Assembly (NCBI GenBank): GCA_964625025.1
Contig: CAZUZR010000001.1
Coordinates: forward strand, 1,456-54,584
Origin: an uncultured Planctomycetia bacterium
Lineage (GTDB): Bacteria; Omnitrophota; Gorgyraeia; Pluralincolimonadales; CAZUZR01
Reading direction: 5' to 3'
Length of the DNA: 53,129 nucleotides
Part shown: positions 7,784-16,240 of the stretch, in pieces
Position numbering within the stretch: the first letter of the stretch is position 1
Layout of the letters: every line of letters starts with the position of its first letter
Notes under the pieces: generated by a model
Databases searched by the model: none
The model's input: only the letters and a program-made list of their open reading frames with translations
What the model was told of the DNA's origin: nothing
Position numbers and translations under genes: made by a program

Positions 7784-8305
7784 TTACTTTTCCAGATAAA
7801 CCTTTTTTATCAGCGTGCTGCCGTCCGTGCCAACGGCCGCCTCAACGACGACTTTAACTTTACTTCCCCATCGAAGGGCCTCTTCAAGTTCTCTTCCCTT
7901 GCCTTCAGGCACAAAATAGCTTTCAATCCCGTAATTGACGCCTATTCTCCCACCCCAACCTTGCGTAATCCTTCCCTTAATAAATACCGTGCTGCTTTCA
8001 GTCGGTCTTTTCGACGACACCGAAACCGCTTCCCAATATTTTCCCTTCGGCACTAACCCCACATAGACTATCTCACCGTGATTGTAATTCTTCTTCTCGC
8101 TATTTAAGTTACCAAATTCAAGCTGTCCTATCTTATACGAAAGTATCACATAATCACCGCGCAATAAATCCCTCGGATCTACCGGCACGGTCTCAAGCAC
8201 TACCGTTTTCCCCATCTTCAACGTAAACTGCTTTGACGCGATAAGCCCAGCCGCAACAGCCACCCATATACAGGCGATCAATATGACTAGTGCTTTCTTT
8301 TTCAT
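7784..8305 (-). CDS. GDYXXLXY-domain protein (membrane-anchored)
   Basis: An N-terminal hydrophobic anchor and the motif DPRDLLRGDYVILSY. Start and stop abut the upstream membrane-protein gene. Confidence 0.75.
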   Translation of the reverse strand: MKKKALVILIACIWVAVAAGLIASKQFTLKMGKTVVLETVPVDPRDLLRGDYVILSYKIGQLEFGNLNSEKKNYNHGEIVYVGLVPKGKYWEAVSVSSKRPTESSTVFIKGRITQGWGGRIGVNYGIESYFVPEGKGRELEEALRWGSKVKVVVEAAVGTDGSTLIKKVYLEK

Positions 8306-9975
8306 CAGCTCCTCATCCTTTCGATTATCTTTCTTCTCTTATTCTCAAAAAATATCCCGAGCCCCATAAGCAATATCCCGCCGATGATAAAGAATAACGA
8401 TTTCTCCTTCAATTTCCATCCGATATCCACGAACCGCGTCACTATAAGCACCACAAAGATGGCTACTCCGGCGTTAAATAGCGCAGGCCGTTGGATCTCC
8501 ATTCCCATGAACATGTTTATCAGGGCGAATAGGAATAATACCGCGTTCGCGATAAAAACCACCAACGTGACCTTGTGCCCGTAGAAGATGAACGTCGCCA
8601 TCGCCGCTATCATCAGGCCCATCCCTGCCAGTTCAAAACGATGCGACTTCTCGCGGAAATAACCCCGCTTTTTAGCAGCGAAAATACCAAGCAGGATGAA
8701 CGCCAGCAAAAACATAAGGATTTTTGTAAATAAAGGAGAAAGGGCGGCATCTAAATACGAAGCGACAAACTCAAACGCGGCCACATATATAAAGATAAAA
8801 CTCACAAGATAGCCAAATATCTTATAGACATAGTAAGATGCGATATTCTTAAGCTTCAGAAATATCCCTATTAGATATATCGCAAGCCCGACGGCCATTT
8901 GCAACATCACAAAATTATATTTGAAATTCCACAGTTTAGAATATGAATGAAACAGCATGCCAAACCACACAAGCCCGCAAAGAAGCGTCAGCGCGACGTT
9001 CGGCATATCATCGTTCTCGCGTGATATACGCAGCAGCATCCACAGCGGCAGTATAAAAAATACGTTCGGAAAATCGCTCCGGACGACGAAGAACGTTATC
9101 GCCCAGCACAGAAACGATATCGTCGCGGCGCGCAGGTAGACCGGCTCTTCCTTTTTGAAATATCCGTAGCCCAACAAGCCCACGCTTATAAGAAGCGCCA
9201 CCCATTCAAATTTCAGGAAACAGCAGACGATCGCCGCGATGAGGAGCCCCAAAACGTTTATTCTTCGGACGGCCTTGCTGTCCGCGCCGAACGGCAAAAG
9301 CACCGCAAAGACTATCAGCGGGTAAAGATAATTCGGCGTGTGCGTGGACTTATAGAGGAAGTTCCATATCAGGAATAGCACCGAAGAAAGCACATAGATG
9401 TAGACGTTGCCGAAGACTATCGCCACCGGCAGTATAGGCAACGCCCACAGCCACATAATATACCAGTTGTCAGAGACCGGTATGTTGTATATCTGTCCTA
9501 TGAGGGCGATGCTACCGCCCCAAAAAAGGCACGAAAGAAATAACAAACTCTTGCCGAGGTTTTCGAAGCCCTTTTTCTCGCAGGCAAACAAATATCCCAT
9601 ATATAAGGTAAATATAGTCACCGCGAGGAGTATGCATGTCTTTACCATAGCCGGGATTTTCTGCCAGTTGGACGCGACAAAAAATATTACCCCTATCCCG
9701 ATAAACAACGCACCTATCAGGCTGAGGAACTTTACCATGTCCATCCGCGGGCGGCCTTCGGCCCTCTTGAGTTTATATAGAGAAAGGATGTCATCGCCCT
9801 GCTGGCGGCTTATGATCTCCTTTCCTTCCCAGATGGGCAGTTCGCGCAGCAACCCCTTATTGAAACCGCGCCGCCTTCCAAAAATCATCCTGAATATCAA
9901 TGCAAATAAAAGTATAAACCCTATCGGCCACAGCAACATCTTTATCACATAGAACAGAACCCATGCTTCGTTCAT
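8305..9975 (-). CDS. Polytopic membrane protein, DUF2157/DUF4401-like
   Basis: 556 aa with more than 12 predicted TM helices and a DUF2157-like N-terminal segment (LPIWEGKEIISRQQGDDILSLY). It pairs with a GDYXXLXY gene as is typical for the family. A good RBS, AAGGAGG, precedes the ATG. Confidence 0.6.
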   Translation of the reverse strand: MNEAWVLFYVIKMLLWPIGFILLFALIFRMIFGRRRGFNKGLLRELPIWEGKEIISRQQGDDILSLYKLKRAEGRPRMDMVKFLSLIGALFIGIGVIFFVASNWQKIPAMVKTCILLAVTIFTLYMGYLFACEKKGFENLGKSLLFLSCLFWGGSIALIGQIYNIPVSDNWYIMWLWALPILPVAIVFGNVYIYVLSSVLFLIWNFLYKSTHTPNYLYPLIVFAVLLPFGADSKAVRRINVLGLLIAAIVCCFLKFEWVALLISVGLLGYGYFKKEEPVYLRAATISFLCWAITFFVVRSDFPNVFFILPLWMLLRISRENDDMPNVALTLLCGLVWFGMLFHSYSKLWNFKYNFVMLQMAVGLAIYLIGIFLKLKNIASYYVYKIFGYLVSFIFIYVAAFEFVASYLDAALSPLFTKILMFLLAFILLGIFAAKKRGYFREKSHRFELAGMGLMIAAMATFIFYGHKVTLVVFIANAVLFLFALINMFMGMEIQRPALFNAGVAIFVVLIVTRFVDIGWKLKEKSLFFIIGGILLMGLGIFFENKRRKIIERMRS

Positions 9976-10020
9976 TTCTTCCTCCTTCTTACGCTTCTGG
10001 GGACGGTCCTTAGGTATCCC

Positions 10021-10050
10021 ATCTTAGCCTTAAGTTAAAGTGCCTTTCAA
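10021..10050 (-). promoter_or_regulatory. Candidate promoter of the DUF2157/GDYXXLXY operon
   Basis: Minus strand reads TTGAAA-18 nt-TAAGAT. It is interleaved with the two halves of the inverted repeat shared with 7719..7738. Confidence 0.3.
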
Positions 10051-10067
10051 GAATAAATAAACTAAAA

Positions 10068-11015
10068 TTAATTATCTTCGCCAAGTTCTTTGTCGAGCCA
10101 TTCGGCTTCTATGGGGTTTCTTGGGCCTTTTCTAATTACCTCTCCCGCCTCAAGGTTCCTCGAACCATCGGGTTGGAGGTAGTAGTCGAAGTAGCCACCA
10201 TCATCAAATACAATCTTTCCATATTTTCCATCAGGGGTTTTGAAGTAATAATATATACCACTGTAAGTTTGACGTTGTTGCTGGTCCTTATAATCGCTCG
10301 GAGAGATTGACTGAACATAGCCAGATTCCGGGGCCTCTGGCATTAAATCGAAATTGGCCCAGTGTTCATTGGGCTTGCTTTCAAAATGAGGGTATCCCGG
10401 AAAATAAACAAAGCCACCGGGTTCTTTCATGGTGTAGACAACCTTTCCATCCTCATTACGTGAGCGAGTCATCCAAACGGTCTCTTCTTCGTCAACAGGA
10501 AAATACCATCTCTTGTTGAAGGACCAGCCGCATTGTTTTCCGCCTGATTTCTTTTTACTAGGAATCTCGGCACCTTCGGTATATTCAAGCTTGGAAGGGG
10601 TTCCTTTTGGAACCATATATATTAGGATATCGTTTGATTTAATTTCATTTCCTCTAATACCTGGAGGGAGAAATATATAGAACAGGTCGCTATGATAACC
10701 ATCTTTCTCTGCTTGTATGGTTATATTATATGCCTGGCCTTTCCAGCTAAATATCCCTCCTGTAACATTTTGCTTATATTCAATATGCTTATAGCTGTCT
10801 CCTGTGTAATCAGTAGAGTCTGTCAGAATATTAGCGGTAATTACAACGGTTACGTTCTCGAGGAAAGGTTTTTCATCTTTGTCTAATATCTTTCCTGAGA
10901 TTTCAGCGGGATAGGAGTATTCTTCAGCGAAAACATTAAATTCAATAAAGGCGCAACATAACAATATCGTCAATATCAATGCTCTAGAATTATTATACAT
11001 TTTATTCCTCCTCAT
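10068..11015 (-). CDS. Secreted hypothetical protein (signal peptide, N-terminal carboxypeptidase-regulatory-like beta domain)
   Basis: N-terminal signal sequence LILTILLCCAFIEFNVFA and no catalytic motif recognised. The start overlaps the upstream 1229-aa gene by 14 nt, so the two are probably co-transcribed. Confidence 0.5.
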   Translation of the reverse strand: MRRNKMYNNSRALILTILLCCAFIEFNVFAEEYSYPAEISGKILDKDEKPFLENVTVVITANILTDSTDYTGDSYKHIEYKQNVTGGIFSWKGQAYNITIQAEKDGYHSDLFYIFLPPGIRGNEIKSNDILIYMVPKGTPSKLEYTEGAEIPSKKKSGGKQCGWSFNKRWYFPVDEEETVWMTRSRNEDGKVVYTMKEPGGFVYFPGYPHFESKPNEHWANFDLMPEAPESGYVQSISPSDYKDQQQRQTYSGIYYYFKTPDGKYGKIVFDDGGYFDYYLQPDGSRNLEAGEVIRKGPRNPIEAEWLDKELGEDN

Positions 11016-14000
11016 TATCGGATTCCGGCTTTATAAGAAGCCTGTAAAATCTCTGCACATCATAATAATACTCAACCGTCATACTGCAATGGTCTCGAAT
11101 GCCGTAGGGATGGTTATTAACGCTTATAAACCTAGCTTGGTTTACGACTTTATTATACGGCGTATGGGCTGCCGCCAGCCCTAGCGGATCTACAAATTCA
11201 TTCCCTATCGTAGAGGTATTGTCATTGACTAAATTGTACCTGTCATCCAAAGGCGTAGGAAGTTTAAGGATAAGGTTATTTCCTCTGAAGGCGAGGCTAA
11301 GGGCATTGTCGTTTGTTGAATATGTATTGTATATATTTCCTCTTACGGCATCAAGTGAATTTGCATACATATTATCAAAGAAATCATGGCGAAAACCCCA
11401 CATATCATAATATACAGTTCTGCTCGTCCCGGAAAATACCTCTCCCGGAACAGCCGGCTGTGCCATAATCAGGTTGTCAGCGGGAACGCTTCCTTCTTGC
11501 GCAAGCAATCTTAGGGCATAGCAGGCAAGATTATTGCCCAGAGAATGAGCGCCTAAATCTATTCTTGCGTTGGGATAGGCTGTTCTTATATCTTTTATTA
11601 TATCTGCGGTTATACGGGCGGAGCGGAAGGAGTTTACCCAGTCGCCGTTAAAATTAATAGCTGAGAATGGCCTAATCCAGTCGGCGGTATCCCAGCTTAT
11701 GAAGATAAAACTACCTCTAAAACCTGTTTGATAGAGACGCTTATATACGATATCCCCAGAACCCATTGAGCCTTCTAAGGTGTTATTATAGCCGTGCGCC
11801 CAGATAAAGACCCTTGTGGGGTCTGGGGCGAATATCTCTTTTGACTCTTCTTTATTTCTGTATCTCAAAATATCGTCATTGGTTCCACGCGTTGGGCCTT
11901 CGCGGATGTTTATGAGCTTGTACATTTGCCTTACATCCTTTAAAGTAATAACCGCCTCATCCAGGACCACCTTTTCCTTATTTGGGTCCATCCCCAGCTC
12001 TACCTCGAGGGTGAGCTTGAGGGTACCGGCAGAAACGCCTTCGAAGATACCTTTGAAGTCACCCTTGTCATCGAATTTATTGGGGTCGAGCTCTTTCTTA
12101 ACTCCGTCTGATAAACTCCAGATGGCTGTCTTCTTATATTGGGCTATGGCGCTGTTGAGGTCCTTAAGGTATGTTAAGCTGCCGTATTCTCTCATGTCCT
12201 TTACTCTCTCAAATACCCTTATCTTACCACTTCCTTCGGCCTTCAAAAAGAATTTAACATTCTTATCCTTAGTCCATTCTTTTATATTTGGGATTGCTAT
12301 ATTAAATGGCATAAAGTCCTCTAAGTCGCGGATGCCGTTTATCTTCTCGTCTTCACCATCTTTGCCTGAGCTGTTAAATTTTGAGTCACCATCATCAGGA
12401 TGTACTGTTGATTCATCATAGTCATCATCTGTATTTACCCAGAAGACGCAGCCTGGGGAGGTCTGTTCAACGACGTTATCCTCTCCACCTAAGAAACCGT
12501 CGTTATTGGAGTCAACCAGGATGTCGGCGGTGAGGGTATCTATTTTTGCAAAGGCAAAAACTCCTATTTTGTAACTCTGTAGGGCGTTTACTGCACCCTC
12601 TGAGGGCTCTATCTTGACATCGAGGGGATAATCTTTATCAGGAGAATAGTCCTTTAAGATTATATAGGTAGTTTTATCAAAAACTTCATATTTATAAGGA
12701 TAGAGCCCCCCTTCGGGATTATAGATATCGCCGCTTAGATGTTTAAGGGGCTGGCTTTGTATGGCATATTTTGATAGGTCTATCTTTTCAGGTATGTTCT
12801 TCTCATATGCACTCTGAAACCTACAACCTCTAAAGATCAATATTAATGGCTCGTCATTAAAAGGGGGCGCGTGAAAGACTAACTTAGGATTTGTAATCCA
12901 ACTATAGATGTTTGGAGGTTCCGAATTAGAGATAATCTCTACCTCTTCCTTTGAATAGATATTATTAAAAAAATTAATAAGGAAGTAGTAGTTGTCTACC
13001 TTAGTATAATGCCAAGGCCAAGGATATGAAGGAGGTGGAGTAAAGGCCGCCCGCCAGCGATAATCGACCTTATAATCAGCCCATGAACCTGTATATTCAA
13101 AGGGCGATGTGTTAAATAGGTCTAAATTGAAGGACTGAGTTTCAAATGACTTCGTGCCGTTAAGGATAAATTCATTTTCCGCCTTGACAAACAGCTGATA
13201 ATAATAGAAGGTGAGCTTCTCTTCGGATGTCCTGCCGTTGGCCGTTATCCTGGCGGTTAAGGTGTTCTTGCCGGAGTGGGTCCTGGGGTCAACGTTCATT
13301 ATGATGTATTTATGGGGGTTTTGGGTGATATCATCTCCCCTTCGTCTTGCCTCGCCCGGGGATAGAAGGGTCGGGCCTGTGAAGGTGTTGGAAGTAAAAT
13401 CTATGGTTGTGGGCTGGCCTTCTATCGAAATTGCCTCTACATGGGCGATGGGGTCGAAGTGGCCGCCTATCATAAGGGCGTTTTCAGTTATTATCTGCTT
13501 CTCGTAAGGTGAAGAAAATGTTAAAATTGGTTTACCGGTAGGCTTATTCTCAGATGAGTTTGATGTATTACTGCTCGCATTGGAGGTGGAGATATTTTCG
13601 ACGGCACCGTTATTGTTGGTTAGAGTGGCTGTGGTGTCTGTGATGTTTGTGGTGTTTGTGGTGTTTGTGGTGTTTGTGACAGATGTAGTTGTGGTTGAGA
13701 GTATCTTTGTGCCTGAAATAAATGCCTTTGGTGCGGTGGGGGTAGTGGTATTTTCCAAATTACTGGCAGCCGAGCTTACGCCTTCTTCGATTACTTTTCC
13801 TTCAGAAGGAAGATTCGCAGGGCTATATCCTTCAGCGATTGTTTTCTGCTCAAAAGAGACCTCCTTACTTGAACTACTTTCTTGTTGAGGACTTTTAGCC
13901 TCTTCGCGATAGATTGTGTAAAGATATGTTTTTCTGTTTCCCGCAGAATCAGAAGCTTCAATTAAGAGGGTATTCTTGCCTAAGGCTAAAGGGATATTCT

Positions 14001-14691
14001 CTATTGTGAAGGTATCGTCTTTAAGTGGGATTTGGCGGCCGTTGATATTTATTGCGGCAACTTTGACATTATCCTTTAACCCGCCTGTTATATTTAGATG
14101 CTCATCGTTGACGATAGAAAAATCTGGAGGCGAGATAACCTCAACTTCAGGAAATTGGCTGTCCTTGGTAACAGAAAAGACCAAGGGCGAACTTTTATTA
14201 CCAGCATTGTCTTCAGAATATAGGCTAAAGGAATTTTCACCTTCCTTTAGGTAAACCACATAGGAATATGCATCTTCTTCGTTTGGAGTTATTATTTCTT
14301 TATCGTTGAGATAAATAGTAGTATAAGGCTCTTTTTTGCCTGTAAGGAGTATAAAATCCTTATTGGTTACCTCGGTAAGTCCATCTATTGTGGGCGGCGA
14401 AGGTGGGATTATGTCCTCGTCCGTAAGATTTTGTTTTGCGGCATCTTTAAGTTCAGCGCCCTGCTCTGTTGGTTTAATGCCCTCTTTAGAACGCCTAATA
14501 GCAGAAGAAGTGGTGGTATTTTTTCTAAACAATGACTCAAAAAAACTTTTTACAACATAAAAAGGCGACTGACTATTGGCCTTACTTGTTTTGCCTTCAA
14601 GAGGAATGTCAGAGGCAAAAGCATAAAGCGAGATTGCTAACAGAAGAGCAAATAAGCTAAAAGTCTGTTTTGAGAACTTTTTCATAAACAT
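11002..14691 (-). CDS. Large secreted multidomain protein: Ig-like domains, Thr/Asn low-complexity linker, acidic Asp-rich module, C-terminal DUF900-type alpha/beta hydrolase
   Basis: Evidence along the protein:
- Signal peptide.
- Two Ig-like segments (EVEVISPP.., PILTFSSP..).
- TNTTNTTNTTNITDTT repeat.
- DSNNDG..VNTDDDYD..DGEDEKINGIRDLEDF block.
- C-terminus VFIWAHGYNN...DLGAHSLGN, where GxSxG is the nucleophile elbow. Confidence 0.6.
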   Translation of the reverse strand: MFMKKFSKQTFSLFALLLAISLYAFASDIPLEGKTSKANSQSPFYVVKSFFESLFRKNTTTSSAIRRSKEGIKPTEQGAELKDAAKQNLTDEDIIPPSPPTIDGLTEVTNKDFILLTGKKEPYTTIYLNDKEIITPNEEDAYSYVVYLKEGENSFSLYSEDNAGNKSSPLVFSVTKDSQFPEVEVISPPDFSIVNDEHLNITGGLKDNVKVAAININGRQIPLKDDTFTIENIPLALGKNTLLIEASDSAGNRKTYLYTIYREEAKSPQQESSSSKEVSFEQKTIAEGYSPANLPSEGKVIEEGVSSAASNLENTTTPTAPKAFISGTKILSTTTTSVTNTTNTTNTTNITDTTATLTNNNGAVENISTSNASSNTSNSSENKPTGKPILTFSSPYEKQIITENALMIGGHFDPIAHVEAISIEGQPTTIDFTSNTFTGPTLLSPGEARRRGDDITQNPHKYIIMNVDPRTHSGKNTLTARITANGRTSEEKLTFYYYQLFVKAENEFILNGTKSFETQSFNLDLFNTSPFEYTGSWADYKVDYRWRAAFTPPPSYPWPWHYTKVDNYYFLINFFNNIYSKEEVEIISNSEPPNIYSWITNPKLVFHAPPFNDEPLILIFRGCRFQSAYEKNIPEKIDLSKYAIQSQPLKHLSGDIYNPEGGLYPYKYEVFDKTTYIILKDYSPDKDYPLDVKIEPSEGAVNALQSYKIGVFAFAKIDTLTADILVDSNNDGFLGGEDNVVEQTSPGCVFWVNTDDDYDESTVHPDDGDSKFNSSGKDGEDEKINGIRDLEDFMPFNIAIPNIKEWTKDKNVKFFLKAEGSGKIRVFERVKDMREYGSLTYLKDLNSAIAQYKKTAIWSLSDGVKKELDPNKFDDKGDFKGIFEGVSAGTLKLTLEVELGMDPNKEKVVLDEAVITLKDVRQMYKLINIREGPTRGTNDDILRYRNKEESKEIFAPDPTRVFIWAHGYNNTLEGSMGSGDIVYKRLYQTGFRGSFIFISWDTADWIRPFSAINFNGDWVNSFRSARITADIIKDIRTAYPNARIDLGAHSLGNNLACYALRLLAQEGSVPADNLIMAQPAVPGEVFSGTSRTVYYDMWGFRHDFFDNMYANSLDAVRGNIYNTYSTNDNALSLAFRGNNLILKLPTPLDDRYNLVNDNTSTIGNEFVDPLGLAAAHTPYNKVVNQARFISVNNHPYGIRDHCSMTVEYYYDVQRFYRLLIKPESDNEEE
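13633..13677 (-). repeat. 9-bp in-frame tandem repeat (5 units, 3 perfect) encoding (TNT)n
   Basis: On the plus strand, ggtgtttgt x3 is preceded by the variants ggtgtctgt and gatgtttgt. Confidence 0.9.
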
Positions 14692-14727
14692 AATTAATTA
14701 CTTTAATAAGTAAGGAAATTTATAATA

Positions 14728-14756
14728 AGTCTATCATTTTCCACATGTTCTGTCAA
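14728..14756 (-). promoter_or_regulatory. Candidate sigma70 promoter for the 1229-aa gene
   Basis: Minus strand reads TTGACA-17 nt-TAGACT, about 35 nt upstream of the ATG at 14691. Confidence 0.45.
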
Positions 14757-14768
14757 GGGAAAAATCCC

Positions 14769-16235
14769 CTACTGCCCGGCAAGAACTTTTTTGAAGGAAA
14801 TTTTAAGTACGCGCTTAGTTGAAGCGTTTATCTTAACGTCTTCTGACAAACGCAGGCCGCAGACCCAGATGATTTTTTTGCCAGAGACAATTAGGGGAAT
14901 CGAGCCCCGAAGACCCCTTGGGACCTTTTCATCGACGAAAAAATCCTGAAGTTTCTTCTCGCACGACATACCCAATGGTTTGAACCTATCGCCCTTCTCC
15001 CAAGTCCTTACATATAAAGGCGGCTTTAATTTATCGTGATCGAGGTATTCAAGGCGTTTGGATTTTTTTTCGCCAGAGCCGGACCCGCCAATCCTTCTTG
15101 CGGGAAACTTCACTTTGCCCTTTACGCACCTCTTGTATGCAAGGATGGGGTTCACAAATTTTGCATCGAATAATAGGTTTAATTCGGGAATAAAAGTTTT
15201 GCCCGGCAGGGATAACTCCCTGTAGATTTTTAACTTTGTAATCCTATCTTTTAATTTATAAAATACGATAGAATCTTTTCTCCTCTGCGCCTTGATTCTA
15301 TCGGGTAAATCCAAAGCGCCTCTTTTAGACTCGATTAAACCCTCGATATCTTCTATGTGGGAATAGTCTATTCTGCGGAGGTTTCCCTTTAACGCCTCAA
15401 TCGCCTTTCGCAAAATCTGCCTTCGAAGCCCAATCGGCCACGTCTTAAGGTCGCGCGTTCTTATCTTGACCGTGTCGGCCTTTACCACGACGCACCTTTT
15501 AAAAACCACATCTACTAACCCTTCTAAAATTTCATAATCGTATGAAAAATTTCGCGCTGTCCTCGCCAATACCTCTTTTATATTCGGGTTATATTTCTTA
15601 AGGTACGGAATTAGTTCGTGCCTTATCCTATTCCTAAAAAATTTGGGCATTAGATTTGTCATATCTTGTCTGGGTTTAATCTTTAAACCCCGTAAATATG
15701 TTTCTATATCTTTGCGCCAGACCTCAATCAAAGGCCTTACGATAAATTTTCCATCTATCCCTCTCATCGGAGGGATGCCACGCAAGCCGCTCAAGCCCGT
15801 GCCGCGAATTAACCTCATAAGGATGGTCTCGGCTTGGTCGTCCGAAGTATGACCCAAGGCAATCTTATTTGCGCCCACATCTTTCGCCACATTTAACAGA
15901 AATTCGTAGCGAAGCTCTCGAGCCGCCTCTTCTAATGAAAGCCCCTTATCTTTGGCATATTTTGAGACGTCAGCTTTTCCGAGGCTAAACGGCAACTTTA
16001 ATCTATTTGCCAAATTTAATACGTAATCGCAATCTTTTTTTGCCTCTCTTTCTCCGCGCAACATATGGTCCAAATGAGCGATGTGTAATTTAATGTGGTA
16101 TTCTTTTTTTAGAGCATTCAACGCAAACAAAAGCGCTGTCGAATCCGGCCCACCTGAAAGGGCAATAACTATCTTGTCGCCTCTTTTAAGAAGCTTGAAT
16201 TTCTCAACCGTCTTTTTAATTCTTTCTATTAACAT
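14769..16235 (-). CDS. tilS: tRNA(Ile)-lysidine synthetase
   Basis: PP-loop SGGPDS, GHTSDDQAET and a C-terminal TilS substrate-binding domain; 488 aa. Confidence 0.9.
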   Translation of the reverse strand: MLIERIKKTVEKFKLLKRGDKIVIALSGGPDSTALLFALNALKKEYHIKLHIAHLDHMLRGEREAKKDCDYVLNLANRLKLPFSLGKADVSKYAKDKGLSLEEAARELRYEFLLNVAKDVGANKIALGHTSDDQAETILMRLIRGTGLSGLRGIPPMRGIDGKFIVRPLIEVWRKDIETYLRGLKIKPRQDMTNLMPKFFRNRIRHELIPYLKKYNPNIKEVLARTARNFSYDYEILEGLVDVVFKRCVVVKADTVKIRTRDLKTWPIGLRRQILRKAIEALKGNLRRIDYSHIEDIEGLIESKRGALDLPDRIKAQRRKDSIVFYKLKDRITKLKIYRELSLPGKTFIPELNLLFDAKFVNPILAYKRCVKGKVKFPARRIGGSGSGEKKSKRLEYLDHDKLKPPLYVRTWEKGDRFKPLGMSCEKKLQDFFVDEKVPRGLRGSIPLIVSGKKIIWVCGLRLSEDVKINASTKRVLKISFKKVLAGQ

Positions 16236-16240
16236 CGCTT

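Noticed and set aside
13633-13677. Tandem repeats here and at 44353..44415 as a CRISPR array
   Set aside because: The units are 9 and 18 bp, directly abutting with no spacers, and in frame inside CDSs. No cas genes are present.
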